Sequence record: NC_025447.1
From: Escherichia phage 121Q
DNA length: 64,000 nucleotides
Direction: 5' to 3' (one strand)
Below the pieces are notes generated by a model, which was not told where the DNA came from, searched no databases, and was given only the letters and a program-made list of their open reading frames with translations. Within the stretch, counting starts at the first letter, position 1. Each line of letters begins with the position of its first letter. Shown here piece after piece: positions 28,928 through 37,285 of the stretch. The position numbers and the translations under genes were made by a program.

Positions 28928-29475
28928 GTGTTAAAGAAGTTCCCTTTGGTGAATATGGCTCACGTGCAAATTTTGTATTTTGTTATTTCTTTGCAAGAAA
29001 ATGTAACCCTTACAAAAACTATGAGTTGAATGATATACCAGAAGTAAATTTAGTTTTACTACAATTACGATGGGATGGTCTTCTTGGTGGATGTGGTGGA
29101 ACCGTAGAAAGTACTGATATCTCACTAGAAGATGCGTTGCGTCGTGAAGTTCAAGAAGAAATGGATTACAATATTTTTGTTTCCCATCTTCGACCACTCA
29201 AAACTTTTGAAATTTACCCAGGTGCAAACAGTCATAGTTTTAGCTATGAAGTAAGCTATGACGAGTTGAAACACATTAGAGATGGATACACTAATGCTAA
29301 ACATGCGAGTGCTGAAGTTGCTGGTGTAAATTTATGTCATATTTCTCGTTATTCTAAGGGACAAAATCGAGAAGCGGGATATAATAATCTTATGACACAG
29401 AACTTCATCGGTACAGCAAAACAAGAATTGGAGTATCTGGTTCAAAAAGAAAACTTACTAATTAGTTATCTATAG
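28924..29475 (+). CDS. Nudix-like hydrolase (atypical Nudix box)
   Basis: GGCGGTVE...RREVQEEM resembles the Nudix signature but spacing is imperfect. Confidence 0.4.
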   Translation: MSVKEVPFGEYGSRANFVFCYFFARKCNPYKNYELNDIPEVNLVLLQLRWDGLLGGCGGTVESTDISLEDALRREVQEEMDYNIFVSHLRPLKTFEIYPGANSHSFSYEVSYDELKHIRDGYTNAKHASAEVAGVNLCHISRYSKGQNREAGYNNLMTQNFIGTAKQELEYLVQKENLLISYL

Positions 29476-29484
29476 GAGTTTAAC

Positions 29485-29805
29485 ATGTCTTACGCAATGT
29501 TTTTGGATGATATTCGTGATGCAAATCTATATTATCCAAACCAAGATATGGTGGTATGTCGTGACTTTAAAAGTGCATGTGAATATGTTATTGAAAATGG
29601 AATTCCAGCATTTGTATCATTCGACCATGACTTGGGTGATGTGAGCGAAGACGAAAAGACTGGATATTCTTTTGCTAAGTTTCTTATTGATTATATGTTT
29701 GATAATAATATTAAAGAACCGTTTGAGTACTTTGTTCACAGTAGTAATCCTGTTGGTAAAATTAATATTGAAACATACTTAAACAATGGATTTAACGCAT
29801 TATGA
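29485..29805 (+). CDS. hypothetical protein
   Basis: ORF in track with RBS. Confidence 0.45.
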   Translation: MSYAMFLDDIRDANLYYPNQDMVVCRDFKSACEYVIENGIPAFVSFDHDLGDVSEDEKTGYSFAKFLIDYMFDNNIKEPFEYFVHSSNPVGKINIETYLNNGFNAL

Positions 29806-30104
29806 TTCAAACACACATCAAAAGTCTTATTTGTACTGTTCTGTTAGGTGCAGGAGTTCTTTGGTTCGGACAGTATCACGAGAACACTAAGCGTACCAAC
29901 ATTCACTACAATACCGCAGAAGTTGTTAGTTTAGGACAATGTAGCGAGTCCAAATGTTCATTCATGTATAAAACCCAAAGTGGTGAAGTACGTAATGGAC
30001 TATCAAGAGAACCAGTTTCAATTGGTCAACTTGTTTACCAGGAGTGCTGGGAAGAAAAGGTTCGAGGTTCACGTTGCTATGTTGAATACGAACCAAATAT
30101 GTAA
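29802..30104 (+). CDS. membrane-anchored small protein
   Basis: N-terminal hydrophobic segment. Confidence 0.45.
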   Translation: MIQTHIKSLICTVLLGAGVLWFGQYHENTKRTNIHYNTAEVVSLGQCSESKCSFMYKTQSGEVRNGLSREPVSIGQLVYQECWEEKVRGSRCYVEYEPNM

Positions 30105-30164
30105 TAATCCGAGTCAATAACATTAGTCGAGTACAAGGATGTACTCATAACTCAAGGATGTTTT

Positions 30165-31604
30165 ATGAAAAAATATACAATTGACACAAACGTACTACTA
30201 TCTGACCCTAATGCATCTATTGCTTTTGATGGTGCTGCAATCATTCTACCATTTACAGTACTGGAAGAATTAGATTCGATTAAGAGTCGTAATGTAGATG
30301 TTTCACGCGATGCTCGTGTTGCTATTCGTAACATTGAAGCAATTATTGCAGATGCATCACATGACGAGATTAGTAGTACTGGTGTTAATATTGCTGATGT
30401 TCATACCAATATGAATCCTGATAGCAAATTGTTTGTTATTACAAACGAAGAAGCTGAGGCACTAATTCGTACTAAAGGTACAGAAGAGAAAGTTCAAACC
30501 CTTCTCAAAAGTACTGTACCTGATGATAAAATCATTCTGGTAGCTTTAGCAACAGAATCAGTACTGGTAACTCGTGATATCAACATGCGTATCAAAGCAC
30601 TAAGTTATGGTGTCGAGGTACAAGATTATCGCCATGATATTGTTATTGGTGATAGTGATTTGATTCACATTGGTCAACACCATCTGGAAATCAATTTTTG
30701 GGAAGTATACAGCAACTTAACCAATACTAATATTCAATCCGAACAAGTTGGTCGTCGTTTGTATCATTACATTTCTAAAAGCTTGATTGAACATCTGCTT
30801 CCACAAAATCTATGCATCGGTGATTATCTATATGATGATGCTGACGTATTATTTGTGTACGAAGGACAATCAGCAATTGAGGAAGATGATGGAACACTAA
30901 CACCAGAAGATATTTTGGTATTCCAAGACATTGGACAATCAGTGTCTTTACGTGCTAAAGTATGGGATATTAAAGCAAAGAATATCCAACAAGCACTCGC
31001 CATCAACAGTATTCTCGATCCTGATGTACATCTAACAGTACTGCTAGGTTCTGCTGGTACTGGTAAAACACTAATTACAATTGCTACTGCATTAGAATTA
31101 GTACTGGAAAAACGTAAATACGACCGAATCATCTTCTCTAAAACTCAAGACTCACAGTTTGAAGATATTGGTTTCTTGCCAGGTTCAGAAGCAGAAAAAG
31201 TGATTCCATTCTGTGGAGCCGCGATTGATGCGTTAGAGTTTCTTCATAAAGATGATGCCAATCCACAAGGTAGTATTGAAGAGATTATGAAACGTAATGT
31301 TATTCAATTTAAAGCACTAAACTTTGTACGTGGACGTTCATTCACCAACACTATTCTAGTAGTTGATGAATTCCAAAACATTACACCTGCACAAGCAAAA
31401 ACCATCTTGACACGAGCAGGGTTAAACTGTAAAGTAGTAATTATGGGTAACTTGAGTCAGATTGACAGTAAGTTTATTAGTCCTGTTAACAGTGGTTTGA
31501 CATATGTAACTGAGAAGTTTAAAGACTGGGCAGGTTGTCGTGTCATCGAACTAGAAGGTGTTGTTCGTTCACCACTGGCTGAATTTGCTGAAGAAAATAT
31601 GTAA
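30165..31604 (+). CDS. phoH: PhoH-like ATPase with N-terminal PIN-like domain
   Basis: Walker A LLGSAGTGKT and Walker B VVDEFQN; 479 aa. Confidence 0.8.
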   Translation: MKKYTIDTNVLLSDPNASIAFDGAAIILPFTVLEELDSIKSRNVDVSRDARVAIRNIEAIIADASHDEISSTGVNIADVHTNMNPDSKLFVITNEEAEALIRTKGTEEKVQTLLKSTVPDDKIILVALATESVLVTRDINMRIKALSYGVEVQDYRHDIVIGDSDLIHIGQHHLEINFWEVYSNLTNTNIQSEQVGRRLYHYISKSLIEHLLPQNLCIGDYLYDDADVLFVYEGQSAIEEDDGTLTPEDILVFQDIGQSVSLRAKVWDIKAKNIQQALAINSILDPDVHLTVLLGSAGTGKTLITIATALELVLEKRKYDRIIFSKTQDSQFEDIGFLPGSEAEKVIPFCGAAIDALEFLHKDDANPQGSIEEIMKRNVIQFKALNFVRGRSFTNTILVVDEFQNITPAQAKTILTRAGLNCKVVIMGNLSQIDSKFISPVNSGLTYVTEKFKDWAGCRVIELEGVVRSPLAEFAEENM

Positions 31605-31672
31605 TATTGTATGGGACATAATGTCCCATACATGATATAATGTTGTTATCATAATACAGAAGGAGATATAAA

Positions 31673-31861
31673 ATGGCTAAACAACCTAAGAAACAAGAAC
31701 CAGTAGCAAAAGTTAAGAAAGAGAAAGTTATTCAATCCAAAGAACAACGTATGTACGAACAACGTAAGAGTGAAACCCTATCCGGTCTACAAGCTCTACG
31801 CAAGCAAGGTGTACTAACTCGTGCACAGTACCGTGAACTAGTAGCTCAGAAAGGTTTTTGA
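31673..31861 (+). CDS. small basic protein
   Basis: RBS AAGGAG; Lys-rich. Confidence 0.45.
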   Translation: MAKQPKKQEPVAKVKKEKVIQSKEQRMYEQRKSETLSGLQALRKQGVLTRAQYRELVAQKGF

Positions 31862-31966
31862 TTCATTTGAAGCAATATTGTGGAGTTCTTAATAAATACT
31901 TTTATAAGAATAATAATACTTTTTATTAAATTAAAAAGAACTCCATGTGTTATTTCAGTTTTTCGT

Positions 31967-31991
31967 CCCTGTCTTTTGGCAGGGATTTTTT
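31967..31991 (+). terminator. rho-independent terminator
   Basis: CCCTG...CAGGG stem plus TTTTTT. Confidence 0.6.
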
Positions 31992-32087
31992 ATATCTATA
32001 TCTTGACAAAAGGAACAAATCATGAGAACATGTATTAAAGGAAGAATGACTTTCCATTAGGTTATTTTAACTTAAAGGAGATTTCAT

Positions 32088-32645
32088 ATGTTTTTTGACC
32101 AAACATTTACGTTGTATCACGATTCTGGTAAAGTTGAGATTGTAGACGATCTACTTCAATACATTGCTGACCATCAAGGGATAGATCGTTTCCACAGTAA
32201 GATGAAATTTGATTTAGCAGAATTCAACAAAAAGAATCGTGAAACTTTTTGGAAGAACCGTTTCTATTACGAAATGTTCCCAGAAGAGTTTGTGGGTTAT
32301 TATCTTTGTACTGAAAAAGGATTACTTGTATCTCCTGATTTACTTATGGGTGAATACATGATACTCTATAATGAGTACTGGGAACATAAACGTAAAGCTC
32401 GTGATACGGAATGGCGACATAAGCGTTCGTATATGTACAAACATAACCACTCCCGATACAAGCGTCCTAAGACTCAACAAGAGCGTCGTATGGCTTGTGC
32501 AGTACTGAAGGATGAGGGGGAACCTGATATACGTGGAAGACGTAAGATGCGTTCATTACCATCGTATTGGGACGATATCAGAACAAGACATAGTACTGGC
32601 TGGAAATACAGTACTAAACGTAAACATCAATACAAAGGGAGCTAA
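32088..32645 (+). CDS. hypothetical protein with basic C-terminus
   Basis: RBS AAGGAG. Confidence 0.5.
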   Translation: MFFDQTFTLYHDSGKVEIVDDLLQYIADHQGIDRFHSKMKFDLAEFNKKNRETFWKNRFYYEMFPEEFVGYYLCTEKGLLVSPDLLMGEYMILYNEYWEHKRKARDTEWRHKRSYMYKHNHSRYKRPKTQQERRMACAVLKDEGEPDIRGRRKMRSLPSYWDDIRTRHSTGWKYSTKRKHQYKGS

Positions 32646-32663
32646 TGCTCCCTAATTTTATAG

Positions 32664-33002
32664 GTGAACTTTATGAACAAAATTGACGTTACTGTAGTGA
32701 TTGGTTATATTGAAATTGAACCGTGTGGCATTGATACCTTTATTGACACTCTTAATAAGTATCGTGCTGAATATAACGGTCACATTAGTCTTTCACCAGA
32801 CAGTGGTTACGGCGGTTTTCATGGATACAATGTAATTTGGACCAGAGAAGAAACTGACGAAGAATATAATACACGAATTGAAGCTGAATCTAAAAGATGT
32901 GAAGAAATTGAACGTCAAGAAATGAAACACTTAATGAACAAGAAATCATTAAGTACCGAAGAGAAATCTAAACTGCTAAAATACATCAAGGATTACATGT
33001 AA
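32664..33002 (+). CDS. hypothetical protein
   Basis: ORF in track. Confidence 0.45.
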   Translation: MNFMNKIDVTVVIGYIEIEPCGIDTFIDTLNKYRAEYNGHISLSPDSGYGGFHGYNVIWTREETDEEYNTRIEAESKRCEEIERQEMKHLMNKKSLSTEEKSKLLKYIKDYM

Positions 33003-33649
33003 TGAAAAATGTAACTCAAGAAAAGATTCTGTACCTTGCAAAGTACAATGGTGGTTTCAATATCATTAGCCGTGAGTACAGTGGTAATTTGGCTAAGTTG
33101 ATTGACAGTTTGTTAGAATTTGATTTCATTAAATGGGAAACTAATGAACTTTGGTACGAATATGCTGGTCAGAAATGGGAAAGTGATTATGATAATGCAA
33201 TACATTCATACACTATCACCAAAGCAGGTGAAGTTCGATTAGCCATTATGCGTTGTGCATATACTTACAAAAATCATAAAGGTGAAGAAAAACATATTCG
33301 CAGAAATGAAGAGCTATTACTTCTTATGGAAGCAGCAAAAGTTACAATGCATGATTTGTTCCACCACCCACGTTGGTATGAAAATCTAACAAAAGCAGAG
33401 TACAAAGCTTTACGTTACATTGATGAACAAAACAACACGGTTCAACAAGAACATGCTGAGGATGGTGAACTATCCATCAGAAATGTATTTGAGACTACCA
33501 ATACTGAAAGTATTACTGAAATTTCAGTGCAAATGGCTATCAAAGCTATGGAACTATTCAAAACACAATACGATGGTGTTAATTCAGATGAAGTAGAGCG
33601 TGAGTTCATTACGCGAGTACAAATTGCATTACATAAATCAAAAAAGTAG
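33002..33649 (+). CDS. hypothetical protein
   Basis: ORF in track. Confidence 0.45.
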   Translation: MKNVTQEKILYLAKYNGGFNIISREYSGNLAKLIDSLLEFDFIKWETNELWYEYAGQKWESDYDNAIHSYTITKAGEVRLAIMRCAYTYKNHKGEEKHIRRNEELLLLMEAAKVTMHDLFHHPRWYENLTKAEYKALRYIDEQNNTVQQEHAEDGELSIRNVFETTNTESITEISVQMAIKAMELFKTQYDGVNSDEVEREFITRVQIALHKSKK

Positions 33650-33655
33650 GTTCAT

Positions 33656-33835
33656 ATGAAATTTTTACTTGTACTAATCGCAGTTCTTATGGTATTATCT
33701 TGTTCAGTTAGTAATGGTTCATACATTTACGTATCAGTATTTGAAGAAGCTCCCGACAACTGTGTATTAACTCACACTGGAATTGTGTTAGTTAATGGTA
33801 AACCATCAATCGAGTACTTATGTATAGGTGATTAA
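33656..33835 (+). CDS. small putative lipoprotein (59 aa), not in ORF track
   Basis: hand-translated; signal peptide with lipobox-like LSC. Confidence 0.35.
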   Translation: MKFLLVLIAVLMVLSCSVSNGSYIYVSVFEEAPDNCVLTHTGIVLVNGKPSIEYLCIGD

Positions 33836-33838
33836 ATT

Positions 33839-34069
33839 ATGAAATTATTATATATTTTTATTATTTCTTCTATTGTATTTCTGAGTGGATGTGCTCCTAA
33901 AGTTGATGAGATGGATGCTGAAATCATCCGTCAAGGTTTAACAAAACTAAATCATCAAGGAACACTATACGCATGTCATACTATGCGTCATGGGCAAGAT
34001 CTTAACCTCATGTGCAGGAAGATTGTGAATCGCAAACGTCTTAATACTGTTCCGAAGGATGCACAATGA
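33839..34069 (+). CDS. small putative lipoprotein
   Basis: signal peptide ending in lipobox LSGC. Confidence 0.5.
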   Translation: MKLLYIFIISSIVFLSGCAPKVDEMDAEIIRQGLTKLNHQGTLYACHTMRHGQDLNLMCRKIVNRKRLNTVPKDAQ

Positions 34070-34236
34070 AAGAAGTAATTGACTACAAATGTAAAAATTG
34101 TGGCAAAGATAAGGGTAAGCATTCAGTACAAGGAATGGCTTGCCCGAATCCAGGTCGTGGTAATTTCAGAGGGTTCAGTACTGAAAAGTCTTACGAACCG
34201 GATCATACCAAACCTGTAATGGGTTATAAATTATGA
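34066..34236 (+). CDS. small zinc-ribbon protein (56 aa), not in ORF track
   Basis: hand-translated; CKNC...CPNP; overlapping stop/start on both sides. Confidence 0.35.
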   Translation: MKEVIDYKCKNCGKDKGKHSVQGMACPNPGRGNFRGFSTEKSYEPDHTKPVMGYKL

Positions 34237-34592
34237 GTGATTATGTAGCATTTCTTCATCGCTTTGGAGAAGCTAAAGAAAAACATATTATCCGTATGCC
34301 ATTATATGGTGAAAAAGACTGGTACAAAAGTACTATCAGTGTAGGTGCATTTCGTGACCGTGAAGCTGGATTCTTTCTGGGTAAGCAACATGAACGAGAG
34401 GTACTTTGCTCACTTTGGCGTTTAGATGAATGGGATAGTGAGAACGTAAGAACTGCTGAATCAATGATGGCTATTGTTGGTATTGCGAACTATCAGCACC
34501 CATATGATCTATTACCTACATTTGAACATGCTTCTTTGTTTGACTTTTACAAAGCAGTAGGGTATGATTATAAAAAGAAACGTTACGTTTAA
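34233..34592 (+). CDS. hypothetical protein
   Basis: ORF in track. Confidence 0.45.
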   Translation: MSDYVAFLHRFGEAKEKHIIRMPLYGEKDWYKSTISVGAFRDREAGFFLGKQHEREVLCSLWRLDEWDSENVRTAESMMAIVGIANYQHPYDLLPTFEHASLFDFYKAVGYDYKKKRYV

Positions 34593-34638
34593 CATCAGTA
34601 CTGCCATCGTGTGCAGTACTTTTTAATTGGAGATTACT

Positions 34639-35253
34639 ATGACTACATCGGAAAAGTACTGGTGGATTTTGGGTCATCCTAAATTCATAAACAAAGATAT
34701 GGTTCCAGCTAGGATTGATATTGAACCTCATGATGTGTGTCCAATGACAAATCGAATTGAAGATTTCAAAGCATTGAATACAAAGACTCAATTTTGGGTA
34801 GAATTTCTTTCACCAATGTATATTGAGCAAGACGACGAATGGGTACAAGCACATGATTATCAATTGGATTGTGGTGGTGATACGTATGAAGAGGCCATTG
34901 ATGAATTATACAAAAATGTGCTAAGAACATATGGTGATTATACCCAACAGGAAGCAGATGATAAATTTCATAAAATACATTCATTCAATGCATCACAATC
35001 AATATATAATCCCGCTAAAACAGTTTGGGAGGAACGACACAGTTGGAGTTCATGTGTAATCGATGAAGAAACCAAAGAAAAAATTATCGATGACATAAAA
35101 AATTTAAAAAATACAATCCAAGCCTTGCGTGCATTCATAAAGTCTTGTACAATAGAAGAACAGCAAGAGGCAAAGATACATTTGGAGAGTGAAGAATGTA
35201 AACTTTGGGTTCTAGAAAAATCACTTGAAAAGGGTATAGACTTAGACTTATGA
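34639..35253 (+). CDS. hypothetical protein
   Basis: ATG with RBS GGAG. Confidence 0.45.
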   Translation: MTTSEKYWWILGHPKFINKDMVPARIDIEPHDVCPMTNRIEDFKALNTKTQFWVEFLSPMYIEQDDEWVQAHDYQLDCGGDTYEEAIDELYKNVLRTYGDYTQQEADDKFHKIHSFNASQSIYNPAKTVWEERHSWSSCVIDEETKEKIIDDIKNLKNTIQALRAFIKSCTIEEQQEAKIHLESEECKLWVLEKSLEKGIDLDL

Positions 35254-35618
35254 ATAGTAAATTGGAGAAACTTGTTGAAGAATTACGCCGGATGCCACCT
35301 ATTGAGCAAGTAGGGAACTACAAGCGGTATCGTGTGATTGCTCGTGCACTGGATAAAAAAGGTCGAGTACTGGCAACCCGCACAAATTCTTATACACAGA
35401 CACATCCAGTACAGAAAGGTTTTGCAATTCGTGCTGGACGTCCACAAGGTGAATTTCTCCATGCTGAAATTTCTTGCTTATTAGCTGCACGTGCTGATGT
35501 TCATACTTTACTGATTGCACGGATAAGTAAAGATGGTATTCCTGTACCTGCTAAACCATGTGAAATTTGCACATTAGCAATTATGGAATACGGGGTTAAG
35601 GAAATTATCCACACATGA
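35250..35618 (+). CDS. small cytidine/deoxycytidylate-deaminase-fold zinc protein
   Basis: HAE and PCEIC zinc-ligand motifs in 122 aa. Confidence 0.55.
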   Translation: MNSKLEKLVEELRRMPPIEQVGNYKRYRVIARALDKKGRVLATRTNSYTQTHPVQKGFAIRAGRPQGEFLHAEISCLLAARADVHTLLIARISKDGIPVPAKPCEICTLAIMEYGVKEIIHT

Positions 35619-35839
35619 AGAAAATCGAGCGTTATACAAACCATACTGTTGTAGTTGAAAATGATATATTTTATTATTATATTTTCAGACCTATACATTG
35701 TTGCCAAATAACAACATTCAATAGTGGAAGGTTTTATGACAAGAACTTTCACATTACTGAGTTAGCAAAATATTCCAGTACTGAACACTTTAGTAATCTA
35801 GTATATGTGTACTGTATACCAAACCCAAATAATAAGTAG
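35615..35839 (+). CDS. hypothetical small protein
   Basis: ORF in track. Confidence 0.4.
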   Translation: MKKIERYTNHTVVVENDIFYYYIFRPIHCCQITTFNSGRFYDKNFHITELAKYSSTEHFSNLVYVYCIPNPNNK

Positions 35840-35848
35840 GAGATTAAA

Positions 35849-36208
35849 ATGGCTAAAACTATTTCTTTAAAAAATGAAAATGTAGGACAACGCAAAGATG
35901 GTTTCTTTGGATTCTCATGGACAACATTATTCTTTGGACCGTTCCCTGCATTGTTTCGTGGTGACTTTATTACGTTCATCGGTGCATTTGTAATTTACTT
36001 CATCCTCAACGCAGTGTCATTTTGGATTGTGGGTACAATTGCAATGGTCGTGTGGGCATTTCTTTACAATAAGTACTACACAGTGAATCTCATTAAGAAT
36101 GGGTATAAATTCAATGGCACACATGAAGAAAATGCTGAAGCTGCAATGGCTTTACAAATTGATTTGAATAAAAACAACACAGTTGATAAAAACAAAGATC
36201 CAGAATAA
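35849..36208 (+). CDS. membrane protein
   Basis: RBS AGGAG; hydrophobic segments. Confidence 0.5.
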   Translation: MAKTISLKNENVGQRKDGFFGFSWTTLFFGPFPALFRGDFITFIGAFVIYFILNAVSFWIVGTIAMVVWAFLYNKYYTVNLIKNGYKFNGTHEENAEAAMALQIDLNKNNTVDKNKDPE

Positions 36209-36427
36209 ATGGAAAAATATGACATAATTTACGATTATTATGGTAAGGCTTATATGAAGTGTGGGCGTTATGTTGAACTCTCTAATAGAGAATCAATAGA
36301 TCCCCACACTCTTATAACAATTCATAATTCGTACTATAAAAAAGTTACAATAGCTAATTTCGCTACATACGTGAATAATCCATTATTTCCTTACATTATT
36401 CAGTACTACTGTCGAGTTATAAAATAA
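36209..36427 (+). CDS. hypothetical small protein
   Basis: ORF in track. Confidence 0.4.
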   Translation: MEKYDIIYDYYGKAYMKCGRYVELSNRESIDPHTLITIHNSYYKKVTIANFATYVNNPLFPYIIQYYCRVIK

Positions 36428-36436
36428 GGTAAAAAA

Positions 36437-36847
36437 ATGTTAGCCGATGATTTTATGTCTCTAAGTACCAAGATATTTGATATATTAGGAGATGAAATAG
36501 ATTTCCACCTAAATGATACAACTATACCGTTCGAAGATGGTGGTTATTTTTTTGCATTTGGTTATAAGTACAATGTTGATTTCTCAATTCCGATTCCTGA
36601 TGGAAGTGATTATACATCATCAACATATTTTGAATTTCAGTTCAACGGACACAAAGAGCGTTTACTAACATATAGACGTAAAGGTAATTTCAGTAGACCA
36701 GAGATTATATTAATGGATATTGAAAAACGAATAGAAATTGCAAAGAATAATCCATTCTTCAGTTCTTATGCGTTAAACCAACTTATTGAACTATTTGATG
36801 GCTATCCAGACAGAATACGAGGGTCGTTACGTATCAATGCAGAATGA
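36437..36847 (+). CDS. hypothetical protein
   Basis: ORF in track. Confidence 0.45.
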   Translation: MLADDFMSLSTKIFDILGDEIDFHLNDTTIPFEDGGYFFAFGYKYNVDFSIPIPDGSDYTSSTYFEFQFNGHKERLLTYRRKGNFSRPEIILMDIEKRIEIAKNNPFFSSYALNQLIELFDGYPDRIRGSLRINAE

Positions 36848-37022
36848 AATCTTTAAAAAAGAATACGATGGTGAAAGTCTCTATGATATTCAGAGAGATG
36901 TGCATGAAGCCTTCGATTCAAGATTTAACCCATTAGCTGAACAAATCCCACAAGATGAGTTTGGTTTTCAAGAAGGGACGTTCACAGTAACTATTACATG
37001 GAGTCCAGATGAGACTAGCTAA
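36837..37022 (+). CDS. hypothetical small protein
   Basis: ATG inside track ORF 36786. Confidence 0.35.
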   Translation: MQNEIFKKEYDGESLYDIQRDVHEAFDSRFNPLAEQIPQDEFGFQEGTFTVTITWSPDETS

Positions 37023-37125
37023 ACTTGTCATAGGTTGCAGTGCACTTGCTGCATATATGCTTTTTTCCGCACCAACCAATGTATTACTGCTAATTTGGGC
37101 AGTTGTTATATTAGCAGTACTTTAA
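37009..37125 (+). CDS. tiny hydrophobic peptide (38 aa), not in ORF track
   Basis: hand-translated MRLAKLVIGCSALAAYMLFSAPTNVLLLIWAVVILAVL; followed by terminator. Confidence 0.3.
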   Translation: MRLAKLVIGCSALAAYMLFSAPTNVLLLIWAVVILAVL

Positions 37126-37148
37126 AAGCACCCTTGTGGTGCTTTTTC
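37126..37148 (+). terminator. rho-independent terminator
   Basis: GCACC...GGTGC stem plus T-run. Confidence 0.5.
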
Positions 37149-37285
37149 TATTTGTGCAAATAAAAAGCAATGTGACTTTTCCTTGATATAGGTCAAGAGA
37201 AATAACCTGTTCTGACGCTATAATGTTGTCTGGTGATATTAAATATCTTCACCCCCAGATGATTTCAAAATACAAGGAATGTACA

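Noticed and set aside
31609-31632. Hairpin GTATGGGACAT..ATGTCCCATAC after phoH as a terminator
   Set aside because: Perfect stem but no T-run; it overlaps a TATAAT box, so it may be a regulatory palindrome rather than a terminator.
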